The notes beneath the pieces were generated by a model. The model did not search any database. It was not told the origin of the DNA and was given only the letters and a program-made list of their open reading frames with translations. Of a stretch of DNA of 64,000 nt, positions 1 to 10,985 are shown in pieces. Within the stretch, counting starts at the first letter, position 1, and each line of letters opens with the position of its first letter. Source of the stretch: Oopsacas minuta (Eukaryota; Animalia; Porifera); contig JAKMXF010000365.1 in NCBI GenBank assembly GCA_024704765.1, positions 682,001 to 746,000 of the forward strand, read 5' to 3'. A program made the position numbers and the translations under genes.

Positions 1-1276
1 AAATAGCTATTTTTGTAGTTCATAAACTAACCTGTCAGCATTTTCTCTCTCAGATATGAACATAGGTAGATCAATGGCTATCTTGTCACCAGCTGTTAGC
101 TTGCTCATCACATCCAACATGTGTATAGTACGCTCAGCTAGTGGAAGATTAGGTTTAATCAGACTAGCTACTACTATAGCACCAGCATTAATCATAGGAT
201 TATGTGGTTTGTTCTCATCATCAAGAAGAATTTCATTGAAGTCATGTCCACTAGGTTCTGTACCCAAAAACTTGTTAACCTATAAATAAAGGATAACGCA
301 TATCGTATTGTATACAGTCCCATATGTGTGTGTGGTAGTTATTGACAGATCCAACGAGTTCTGAGTCCTGAAAAACAAGAATGTACTCTATGAGCTCTAG
401 AACATCCATATACGTATAATATAATCACGTACATATTGGGGAGATTCTTCAGTAATACTAACAGCATACATGAAGGGTTTCACACTGGATTGTAGAGCAA
501 AATTGACTTCAGTATCTCCGAGGTTAAGTCTCTGTCCGTCTATGGTAGTGACAGCGACACCCCAGAAGTCAGGTGAGTACTTAGCTAACTGAGGAATGTA
601 GTCAGCTACTGTACCACTGTAGTTAGACTTTTCCTCATCATAGAGATTTGTTATTTTCCTATAATATTACATTGTAACTGGTTATACGTATTGGATAATG
701 CAATACTCAATATGAAATGAAACTAACTCTGAAAACTGTTTGAATCTGGGTATGATAACTTTGCCTTGTGCAATTCTCAAAACTAATGGCAGACTGTCAG
801 CAATAGTATCTTTAAATTCTTCCAAGCTGCAAACACCTATACACACAAGATACATTACAATTGTCATAAACAGTTGTCAAGTTATGCACTAAATCCAATA
901 GTATTGGATTAGAAACCAAGATCAACACTATACTCACCACCAGGATTCAACACTATACTCACCACCAGGATTCAACACTATACTCACCACCAGGATTCAC
1001 ACTATACTCACCACCAGGATTCTCCCTCATGATCTTCTGTATCTTAGAATGAGTTAATCTGAACCTCGGCTCAGTTAGATGGATACCTATATTCTCTGCT
1101 TGTTCTAACAGCTTCTGAGGTCTAACATGCTCTCCTTCCATGAAGTATTTGGCGAGTAAATGATCCAGCTCGTCCATCTCGGTCTCCTTTCCCTGAGATA
1201 TGGTAGTGGAGAGGGCGCGTAAGTTGGCGGCATATCTGAAAGTGGAGCGGACATGTTTAGTGATTGAAGATAGCAT
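1..1276 (-). CDS. GLS: Glutaminase (kidney-type, mitochondrial), 5' part; gene continues beyond window start
   Basis: Spliced exons 1276-~1012, ~836-728, 659-433, 280-32 give MLSSITKH... (transit-peptide-like), then KVIIPRFKQF, GTVADYIPQLAK, catalytic LQSSVKPFMY and GTEPSGHDFN...KPHNPMINAGAIVV, all typical of glutaminase. GT-AG boundaries keep the frame. Confidence 0.93.
921..1022. repeat. Minisatellite, 4 copies (25,25,25,24 bp) of TCAACACTATACTCACCACCAGGAT spanning the GLS exon 1 donor
   Basis: Units read directly at 922-946, 947-971, 972-996 and 997-1020; each carries TG|GTGAGT on the minus strand. Confidence 0.97.
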
Positions 1277-2225
1277 TGACAACCAGATGGTGTGTGTGGA
1301 GATGGAAAACAATGCTATGATACGAAAATATTATTCAACTTCAAGTAAAAATAATAAATTTACTAATATATTCATTCAATCAGGACTATAACTATTATGC
1401 ACGATTTGAGTAATATATTGTCACTGTATTACTGGATAGTTTCTTTCCTTGTAGTGAAAGTGTTCTTTATAAATGACTATACAACTGATTCAATGAAACA
1501 CAACAAAACATAACAATCATTGAAAGGAGCATTTCGTATGCATAAATACGTGAGTGTGAAACAGAAAAGTGTAGCATATTTTTGCATGGCCTTCAAGTTA
1601 CGTTAACTAGTTAGTAATTTGTCTGAGGCAGTTGAGTGATTGTAATTGCGTTAGAATACACTACATCAAGATCATAATTATGAATGCCTGGAGTAGCAAT
1701 ACAAAAATTGTTGCTAACGATAGCTCATATTGTGGCCAAATAGAATGCATTTTCTATATATATATATATAACAGGACAAGAGTGTCTGGTTTAAACTTTT
1801 TACGACTACAATCTCTATATAACAATTTCACTACTGGCTGGGTATAGTTAATGGCTTTGTGACAGGTGTAGGTATCCATGCGTCTGAAAACCATTATTAC
1901 AAGTGAGATGGTAGTTTCTGGATTTGGGAAAACATTTAAAAGCTCCGGAACTCTTTTGAATTTGAGTTTGAACTGATAGGGCCTCGCCAATAATTTTGAA
2001 CCAGGGGTCCCCCAATCCTTAGTTACGCCACTGAGTTAATCATGTCTTGGTTAATAAATTACATCAAAGTGATCAAACAATATTGATTTTCACAGTTTTG
2101 TCCACATCGCCATAACAAAAGAATAAATTAGATTGTTACACACTTGTAAAAAGTCAATCCAATGTAAATGTTATGTAATAACAGTTGGATAGAAGAGTAT
2201 ATAAGCGATGGGGTAACCATAAGGT

Positions 2226-5200
2226 CTATGTGTACAGCACGTTAACAAGTCTAGAGTCTGTATGTAACCGGTCCTTCAATTCAGCAAACCTCTTCTGAGC
2301 AAGATCTTTGTGTTTATTCAGTCTCTGTTCAAGTGTATGGATCTTGAACATGGCTTCTGAACAGAAAGAGAGATATTCTTCTTCATCTTGCTTACTGAGT
2401 GTTCCTTGATGACTCTGATACCAGCATTGCTTTGTTTCCAAAGATTGACGTTCTTTCTCATATTTTGTTTGTATGTACTGTGCCATACTAATCAAACGGT
2501 TCTTGAAATCGGACAGACAAGAGTTATAGACCTGGAGAATTGTAATAGTAAATCTACATACAACCAACCCCGTTATACCGAAGCTCCGCAATAATTACTT
2601 CGATATTTATAAGCGGAGTTTGATAGAATGGATGAAATTTATATTACTTTGATGACGGTATATATCCCTGTTCGACATAACAGGAGTCGACTGTAAAATA
2701 GTGTGTGAAAATAACCTTTTCTGCATCATCTGAAGTGAGTTCTTTGGGATCTCCTATCTTAGCAAGATACGGAGCTAAATAATCCATTTCTTTCTCCTTT
2801 CTCAGTCTCTCCTCTTCTTCCTTCTGTCTTTCCATCTCCAGTCTATGTTTACGAGCTTTCTCATTACGTACAGTATCGTACACACTCACTTCTAATTTAT
2901 GATCCTGCTCCTCAGCTGATCGACAGCTCAACATGTTGCAGACTTCTTCCTCGCTCTTGCGAATCTAAAATACCATTTAATTAATAAATTGAAATTCAGT
3001 CAACTAACGTAACTGTAATTACGTTACATTCCTTATTAATAACTCACATCACTAATATTAGCATTTTCCTGTTCGATCAACTGATCTAGTAGTTGAGCCA
3101 GCTCATGTATCTTAGGATCTGGAGCTGACCGGTCTACTTTAAAAGCTGTAGTACAATCAGGATCAAACTTAGGAGCTATAGCATCATCTGAACTCTCTGG
3201 TATTATGAACTCCCTAGTGTTAGCTGTAATCCTTCCAGCTTCAAGATGGTATTGTATAGATATCTTGTTATCCACAATTGAGAAAATACATACTTGTATA
3301 TCTTCATTAGCTGGCTTGTTAGAGTCTCTGTCATATTTCAAAGTAAATTTAGTGACAGGACGGAGATTTGAAGCTGGTTCTACTCCAGGGAGAGTAACTG
3401 AGAGCTGGCTAGGGCCAAATTCTACCTAAACAATATATTGATAACATTTCAAATAATATTTTCATATACTCGTAAAATCATTAACCTGTCTCTTCAATAG
3501 AAGGTCATCTCTCCCTTTGAAGTATTCAGTCAGTGAGAACTTGTTCAGCTCCCGAGACATTAACCCATCAACTCGAGATTGTCCGTAGTATTCCATGGTC
3601 CTGGTACCCTCTATTCCCAGCTCATTCTCCTGGTAAGTGTGTTCTCTCAGACGGAGAGGTCTACCTTTACCAAACTCCTCCTTAACTCTCTGTGACGTCA
3701 CGTAACGAGTACGTCTCTGTAATTTGTCCATCCTGAACTGATACCACTCTCTTACTTCCAACTGTGTAGTCAGAGAGATATCTCCATACATGGTAAGACG
3801 TCCTACCAAAGCATCTGAGTTTGTATAAGGAGCAAACTTGTCTAATCTGCACTTCTTATAGAGAATTGATTTCTTTCCCTTAGGTAGTCTAGTCTCGAAG
3901 GCTTGCTCAGTTATGTCAAGGGGTAGTAACCAGGATGGAGGTAATTCGAAGGTTTTCTGCCTCACCTCTGAGGTTAGACTGATAATGCGAGGAGGCTCAA
4001 CTTCTTCCGGTTGTACACTTAGACGAGAAGGTACATTAGGAAGGAAGTACTCCCAATTGAGGGCGTTGCCCAGGTCAAAGGACAGGTCTCTACCTGAGAA
4101 GAAAGAAACGAATAAAACGCTTACAAATCGATAAACTAATATATTTATTAACTATAACCAAGCCGAGTCCCATCATATCGTATCTCAAGTGCCCACAATA
4201 ATTACTTCGGTAATAACGAGAGTAGACTATATACGAATTAAACAAAATTTTAAAGTACTTACATCCGTTTATGCATAGCTGCATGTTAACCCAGTAATTT
4301 CTGTTATTCCATATAGATTCTATGCCTTCGTAATTCTTATCAATTAGCGGGAGGGCTTGGCCTGTTGTAGGTTCTAAGAAGAATGACTGTGGTACTTCTC
4401 TGCTCCCACTGAGGACTAGTACCCAGGAGTGTATCCTCATCCCAGAGAGCTCATCTTTCGGCCCATCTTCCCCAGACATCTTAGCTAGTTCAGCTTCTCT
4501 GCGCTTTTTCTCAGCTTCACGTCTCTTCTTCTCAACCTATACACAGTTAAATCAGCTGTTAGTTGTTGTGTCAAAGGAAATACAAACTATTCAATCTCAC
4601 CTTTTCTTTGAATCCACTCTCTAGAGATCTGGGGGGTCTGGCTAGATACTTTGAAGGAGTACTCTCTGTCTTATTAACCTCCTCATGTTCTGTCTCTTGC
4701 AATAGAGGGCACACTTCGCTGGTGAGATCAAACAGTGTGATATCTCTGGTAGCATATCCTGATACGACATAAGCATCATATCCAGCTCCAAGTAACAGAG
4801 AGCAGAGCAGATGAGAGTACTCGAAGCAGTTACCTTCCTGAGTATCCAACACCTGTGTTATGCTAGTCAGCTGTTGAGGCAGTTCAGTAGGTTTCTCTAA
4901 GAACTAAAATACATACAAATACATACATATTTGTACTTTTATGGTGGAGATATGTAGGCAGTTACCTGATAAGTAAGGTAGTCAGCTACGAACTGAGCAC
5001 ACAAATCAAAGTCATAGAGTCGTTTGAATTTGAGTTGAGTAGGTCTTAGACTGGTACACACCATCTTACCTATCCCGTGCTCATTTAGCGGGCTCAGGAA
5101 GAGCGGCTTCCTGTCCTGGTAAAGATGCATGTATTGACGCTTAAAGTTATTCGCGAAACTTAGAGCCTTCTCTTCTGACTCATTGTTTGTTGTATAGGAG

Positions 5201-5283
5201 GCTGGAATAGTCTTAGATTTGTCAGTATTTTCCGTGATATTCGGAAGTTTAAACGATTTCAGTTCTCTCTCATAGCTATTCAT
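2226..5283 (-). CDS. DRC7: Dynein regulatory complex subunit 7 (CCDC135), multi-exon
   Basis: Transglutaminase-like GNCFEYSHLLCSLLLGAGYDAYVVSGYAT, RIHSWVLVLSGSREV, FELPPSW, YLAPYL and C-terminal FKIHTLEQRLNKHKDLA match DRC7. Exons join with GT-AG introns; stop at 2226. Confidence 0.92.
2561..2693. mobile_element. Tc1/mariner-pogo-type MITE, family 1, degenerate copy in a DRC7 intron
   Basis: TA|CAACCAACCCCGTTATACCGAA ... TTCGACATAACAGGAGTCGACTG|TA; internal ATAATTACTTCGATAT is shared with the other copies. Confidence 0.7.
4158..4229. mobile_element. Short, heavily degraded family-1 MITE relic in a DRC7 intron
   Basis: Contains ATAATTACTTCG and a right-TIR-like ATAACGAGAGTAGACTA|TA; the left end is poorly conserved. 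Confidence 0.4.
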
Positions 5284-5563
5284 TGTAAGCTACAAACTAG
5301 TAAACGACTGTAGTTTCATGTCATTATAATCTTCGACATTTCGTGACCTCATATAGAGGACGAATAGTATCGAGTATAGATAGAATGAAATAGGATCTGA
5401 ACTGATGTAGTATAATAATGTCAATCATAGACAGACAAAGAAGCGATTCAGAAAATACTAACATTTGTAATGGTAGACATAAGTATAGAATTAGTCTAAC
5501 AAATTAACGATAGAGCTAGATAGGGTGTAAGTAAGTAATAAATCATGAGCTGAGTAACAGATA

Positions 5564-7667
5564 CTACTGTTTCCATTGATATGCCCACGCGGCCTGTTGC
5601 TGAGGTACTGGCTGTCCTTGTGCTTGTGGCTGTTGAGCTGTCCATGTTTGAGAGGACCATTGTCCTGCTTGAGGGGTGACTGGGTATGCAGTAGGGTTCT
5701 GGTATTGACCGGTCCATTGAGCTGTGGGTGTGGTAGGTTGGTAATGAGCTCTCTTAGGATCAGGAGTAGTAACATTAGCAGCAGGTCTCTTACCAGGTTG
5801 TTGCCATGTGTCACTCGTATAATCCTCACTCCAGGACCCAGCCTTGTTGTAGCTGGGATAACCTGTATAGCCTGTTGTTGCTGCTGGAGCTGAGTAGTCA
5901 GCACCTGACCATTCTGGTTTGAACTCTGTCTGACCTCCTGAAGCTCCGTATGAAGGCTTGCCAGGACCTCCTCGACCCTGTCCCCTCATGCCACGCCCTC
6001 TGTTACCACCTCCGTTTCTGTTACCAAAGGAAGGCTTAGAACCACCACCATCGAATCTCACACCTCGACCTAAATACACAGAAGATAACAAACAAATATC
6101 AGTATGAGTTAATATACTACCTCGTCTGTTTCCTCTCTGTTCGCCTCGCTTCTGACCTCCACGACCTCTGGGAGGCATAGAGGAGTGAGGGGTAGGATAG
6201 GACACCATAGGGGGTCCTCCATGATAAAATTCATCGCCAGGTGGACCATAATCGAATTGACCCATAGGAGGAGGAGGTGGAGGTCCGTAACCCCATTGGT
6301 CATAGAAACCAGGATCAGGTCCCTCCCAGAACTCTTCTCTAGGCATACGCGGACCACGACCACCACGTCGAGGAGGAGGACCTCTGTAACCATCATTCCC
6401 TATAAATATGAGAAAATAAAATAAAATAAATATCTGGATGAGAGAATTTAACGATCAATCACCTAATCCAGTTTTGTAACCACTCTTAGGAGGCATGTCT
6501 CTGTTCTTAGCAGCTGGCTTAGCTAGAGACACAGAGATGTGAGAACCATTCAGCTCCATCCCATTTGTAGCTGACTGTGCTGATAGAGCTCCGTCTCGTG
6601 CCTCAAAGAATATAAAAGCGTAATCCTTAATTCTGTTCACTTTCTCCACTTGACCGTATTGTGCGAATAGCTCCTCAAGTCTAAGAATAATCCAATCAAA
6701 TTCATAGCAGAATATTCTTTGCTATAACCTACTTATTTTGAGTTACAGAGTCTGCTATGTGTTTTACAAACAAAGTTTTAACTTTAGACATAATGTCATT
6801 ACCAGGTTCCTCCTGCGGAATAGCCCAATCACACACAAGATTACTTTTACCCCAGACAGTCAGCCTGGAGCTCAGTACTCTCTTGCGGCAGTTAGCAGCA
6901 TTTCCGTGACTATCAAAGTCTATAAAGCAGAATCCTCTATTCCTATTCAGATCTTTAGGATCAGCATAGAATACAATGTCCAGTACTCCATTACAAGAAT
7001 TGCCGAATTCCTATAAAATGGATATCACTATACTATTGCTCTTATCACTGCGTATTATACAATCAAACTTGTCTATAACGTCCACCCAAGTGACTGACCA
7101 AAACTGGCCGTTAAGCAGTTTTGACTGTAGTTTGAACTAACCTCCATAATCTCATCCTTGGTTTTATCCTTTGGAATACCGGCCAAGAATAATCTGCAGT
7201 TTGATTCTGAAATACAAACGCCTAACTCCTTACCTGGACGTATCTCGTATTTGTCCAGTTTGGATACACAATCCAGAGCAGAACTTCTGGTAGACATGCG
7301 TACAAATGCAAATCCTTTGTTGATCTCATTCTCATGCGGTATCATCATCAGACGGATGTCGTATACCTCTCCACAGCTCTCCAATAGTGGCACAAGTTCA
7401 TCTTCAAAACAATCCTGAAAAAATGATAAATTTGTATAAATAGCGTATCATAACCCAAAAAATAATAAAGCTAGTTTCAGAAAATGAGAAAAACTATTTA
7501 ACCTTGGGAATTTTTCCGAGAAATATTTCAGCATCTTTGGGTGGATCAGGTTGTCCGGGTCGAGGACCATATCTTCGTTGTCCTGGATGTATGTCATGAG
7601 GATATCCTGTCCTTTCTGTCAATAGTTTAGTTCTTTCTGCCAAAGATAACCCACCGTTAGCAGCCAT
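5564..7667 (-). CDS. hnRNP R/Q (SYNCRIP)-family protein, 3 RRMs plus RGG and Q/P/Y-rich tail
   Basis: LLLTERTGY..PGQRRYGP, EIFLGKIPK, NKGFAF, LGVCISESNCRLFLAGIPKDKTK, NRGFCFIDFDSH, VKTLFVK and RIKDYAFIFF match hnRNP R/Q RRM1-3. ATG at 7667, stop at 5564. Confidence 0.88.
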
Positions 7668-9257
7668 GAAGATAAGTTGCTGGAAGTAGCTATTTGTGCA
7701 AGTAAGCAGAATAAAAGTACAGCTATAGCAAGAAACTAGCCGTGTGGCATAGACGGCAGATCTTACCAGTGACCAAATGAATAACGGAGATAACTAAGGA
7801 AATTCAGAGCAAAAACAAGTGAAAGTTTGAAATTTATTCTAACTACTATAAAAACAGGAAAAGTACAAAATGCAATAGAATATTTGCTTGATTGGCTGAA
7901 CTTACGAACAAGCTAAGTGGTAATTTTACCAATTCTTTGAAAATCCAATTCTTGAAATATTTCAATAAAAAAAGAATTTTTGTTTGCATTTTAGCTGAAA
8001 CACAACAAGTACTTGAACACAAAAGGAGAGAGAATTGTTTCTCGAAGCTTCAGGTCAAATTTGTTAAAATTTCTTTTCGTCGCGAGTCAAATCAAAAGCT
8101 GGAATGCAAATTTCAGTTTTGAATCACCAAATCCATCTAAGTCCGCGATTATTCCCCAAATACACAATTTAGAAACTAATAAATTCGAGTTGTCGTCTGA
8201 ATGGCATCTGATTTGAATTGTTATACTGGAAAGAAATATTCCCTGCTGGAAAATCCAAAGAAATCGATTTTGTCTTTTTTGAAAAGAAACCTGGCGGATT
8301 AGGCACAAAGAGGCTCAAACGATGAATTCTAAATTTAAAAAATAATCAGTAACGGTGAGCTGAGCCTCGAATTCTAGAGTTATACTCATTATACATAAAT
8401 TCATGAACATAAAATTTGAGTTGATTTAACCTCTGTAAAAGGAAATATTCTGAAAACATGATACGTATATTGAGGACTTCTTAGAGATAATATTATACAT
8501 GTGATTAGATCACTAACATATTTGATCTTACACCTGTAGATAACAGAATCATACAAAACTAAATAACATATTATCCAAATGAATGAAGAAATCAATAAAT
8601 GAATACTCACCAAAATCAGGGTCCATCACCAGAATGAGAAAGCATTAGTAATTTGCTGCAAACAGATTGAGAACATTGAAGCCCTCTCCCTAGAGTCTGT
8701 CATCTCATCATCACATAAATTGAAAAGAACAACTATAAACTAGCAGTAAATATTGCTTGATAGTCTATAAGCTAGTCTATAGTATTATAATATTATGGTT
8801 GAATTATAAATAAATGATAGTAATATAAGGAACAATAGAAGTATAAGTAATCAATCAGGTGGTGTTAGATAGTATATGTTATCTAATATTTGTGAGGTGT
8901 TAACGGTGGTTAATTTAAATATCTCTATGGAGAGCTAATCATACTGAACTTTCGCATGAAGGGGGGTTGTCTTAATATTTTGTATCGTCTTCATATGCCA
9001 CTTTGCCCTGCAACATCACATATATATGCCTTATCGTGACCTAGGTCATGGCCTTATCTATAATGAAGCAGGAATTACTGCAATATATATCAGTAATTAG
9101 ATGGTGGAATTGTTACTTATAACAAGGAGAGCCGGAAGAAGCTAGTAGATGAGTTGCCTGATGTACGGTCCCTGTCTACGCTATTATTGTTGTGGATTCA
9201 CGCAATACTACAAGGGTTGTAATTTGAAATATCAAAATAGATGTCATTACATATATA

Positions 9258-10487
9258 TTATAAAGCAATTATGAATTGATTAGGATTATGAGATAAGACA
9301 ATAAGTCTGTTCTTAGAATCAATAGCTACTGCATATGGATTGATAAAATGTCTCTTTCCATCCTTCACATTACCAAACCTATGTAACATTTCTCCTGTAT
9401 TCGAGATTACCATTACACATTCAGTCTTGACATCAGCAATTAATATATTGTTTTCAACATCGAGAGAAAAATATAACGGTTTCATCAGTTGATTGTTCTC
9501 CCCAAGAGTAACTATCTCTCGAATTAGTTCATGAGAGTAGTTGTAGAAACTTATAGATGGACTTCCTCTTTTCAATGTGATAACACTCTGTGGAGTGAGT
9601 TTGATATCAAGAGGCGCGATTACATTCAAAATATATGAATTGAATGAAAAATCCATATTTAGACATTGAAAGCGGTTATTACGAACATCACAAACATAAA
9701 TGATATTCTTCTCAGATGAAACAGCGAGCCCAGTAGGCCAATCAAATTCCAATTGGCCATTTCCTTTCCTTCCCACAGACAGTATGTATCTACCCTCGAT
9801 AGAGTATACTGATAAAATATTAACAGAAGATTGAGTAATATAGACTCTCTCACCAAGGATACAAATATCAGCTGGATTCACCATCTTGTTTTCGAAATCG
9901 AAAAGATAATTTAGAGATTCGCTGAAGACTTGTACACGGTTATTACCGAAATCACATACATAGATATTGTTTGATTGAGGGTGGATTGCACAAGATTCTG
10001 GGCTATTGAACTCTCCGCCTCTTGTAGAAAACTTCTCAATACACTTACCACTTTCTCTTAAAGGAATTCCTTTTGCCTTATAATCTGGTATTTCTCTCAC
10101 AATAATTTTACCTGTCTTCCTAAGTTTTGCCTCTAGAGTCAGATCCCACTCGAACTTAACTATTCTAATCCCATTCTTTATAGTCATTAACTTAGAGTCT
10201 AGGATTTTCTTTCGGGCTTCGAGTGGAGGAAGCATCTGTTGAAGGGTCTCCTGACTCTCATTTCCCTTCAAAGTAGCTATCAGGTTCTCTTTCGAAATAC
10301 AGAGTTGTGTTATCTGCTCTGATACTGACTTTCCTCTGTAATAATTTTCTAGCTCCTGAAGCTCGGAAAGAAGATCCGCTTCTCTCTGATGGAGCACCTG
10401 ATGAGCTCTGGCTATTTTATCTCTTATCTCTACTCGTAGATTATCTATTTGTGAAAATAATGTATCCACTTCTTCTACACTAGCCAT
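9258..10487 (-). CDS. Intronless coiled-coil plus NHL-repeat (beta-propeller) protein, TRIM-NHL-like without RING/B-box
   Basis: 409-aa ORF; N-terminal heptads, then repeats such as FNSPESCAI..NIYVCDFGNNRVQVF and FDWPTGLAV..IYVCDVRNNRFQ. Confidence 0.85.
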   Translation of the reverse strand: MASVEEVDTLFSQIDNLRVEIRDKIARAHQVLHQREADLLSELQELENYYRGKSVSEQITQLCISKENLIATLKGNESQETLQQMLPPLEARKKILDSKLMTIKNGIRIVKFEWDLTLEAKLRKTGKIIVREIPDYKAKGIPLRESGKCIEKFSTRGGEFNSPESCAIHPQSNNIYVCDFGNNRVQVFSESLNYLFDFENKMVNPADICILGERVYITQSSVNILSVYSIEGRYILSVGRKGNGQLEFDWPTGLAVSSEKNIIYVCDVRNNRFQCLNMDFSFNSYILNVIAPLDIKLTPQSVITLKRGSPSISFYNYSHELIREIVTLGENNQLMKPLYFSLDVENNILIADVKTECVMVISNTGEMLHRFGNVKDGKRHFINPYAVAIDSKNRLIVLSHNPNQFIIAL

Positions 10488-10985
10488 CTACACGAATATA
10501 TCAACCAAGAATTGTTAGTTTATACAATTTAGATTTTAGAAGGTATTTTAACTAAAATAATTGACCCGATGCTCCTCGGGCCGTTCAAACGCTATCCGTG
10601 GGTTTGATATTTTGGGTGGGGCGGCAGGAGTTGAACATTTGAAGTTTCATAAAAGGGAGGAACAATGTAGCTTACTGGAGGAAGATATGGAGCAGGCCAC
10701 ATGAACTTGTGCCCCCTCAAATGGGATTGACTTCAGACCAATGACTAACATCGGAAACTATAAATCTACCAAGAACTGACCCTGTCAGAAATACGGTTAC
10801 ACTTTCCACGTAGACTCGGAGAATTTGAAAATAAATACGTAAATAAATTTGACCGAATTGAGTAATATACTTTACAGAGGTAAATAGAAGTATACTGCAT
10901 ACTGAGTTAGTACTGTAATACAACAAAAACAACGACAAATCCAATACAAAATGAATGTTAAGAATCACTAGACTGACTCGGGAAT

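Noticed and set aside
1975-2033. GGGGTCCCCC..TTACGCCACTG transposon-end-like motif; similar ends at about 28618 (CAGGGGCGTC) and 40091 (CTACGCCACC)
   Set aside because: Only one end is present at each site, with no partner TIR or TSD, so no complete element can be supported.
5491-6424. Several long alternative-frame and antisense ORFs over the hnRNP tail, and similar shadow ORFs over KIF11, ATP6V1A and AIFM1
   Set aside because: Expected by-products of low-complexity or codon-biased coding sequence; no independent signals.
8490-8732. Two exon-like segments on the minus strand (VLFNLCDDEMTDSRERAS...DPDFG-VRSNMLVI*) with good splice sites
   Set aside because: No start or upstream exon found and no recognisable homology; could be a gene remnant or chance.
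8940-9220. Short open stretches on the plus strand (e.g. GGIVTYNKESRKKLVDELPDV)
   Set aside because: Interrupted by stops in all frames, with no consistent gene model.
10560-10720. GC-richer intergenic patch with a GTTCAACTCC B-box-like motif on the minus strand
   Set aside because: No cloverleaf or A-box could be built; not called as a tRNA or SINE.
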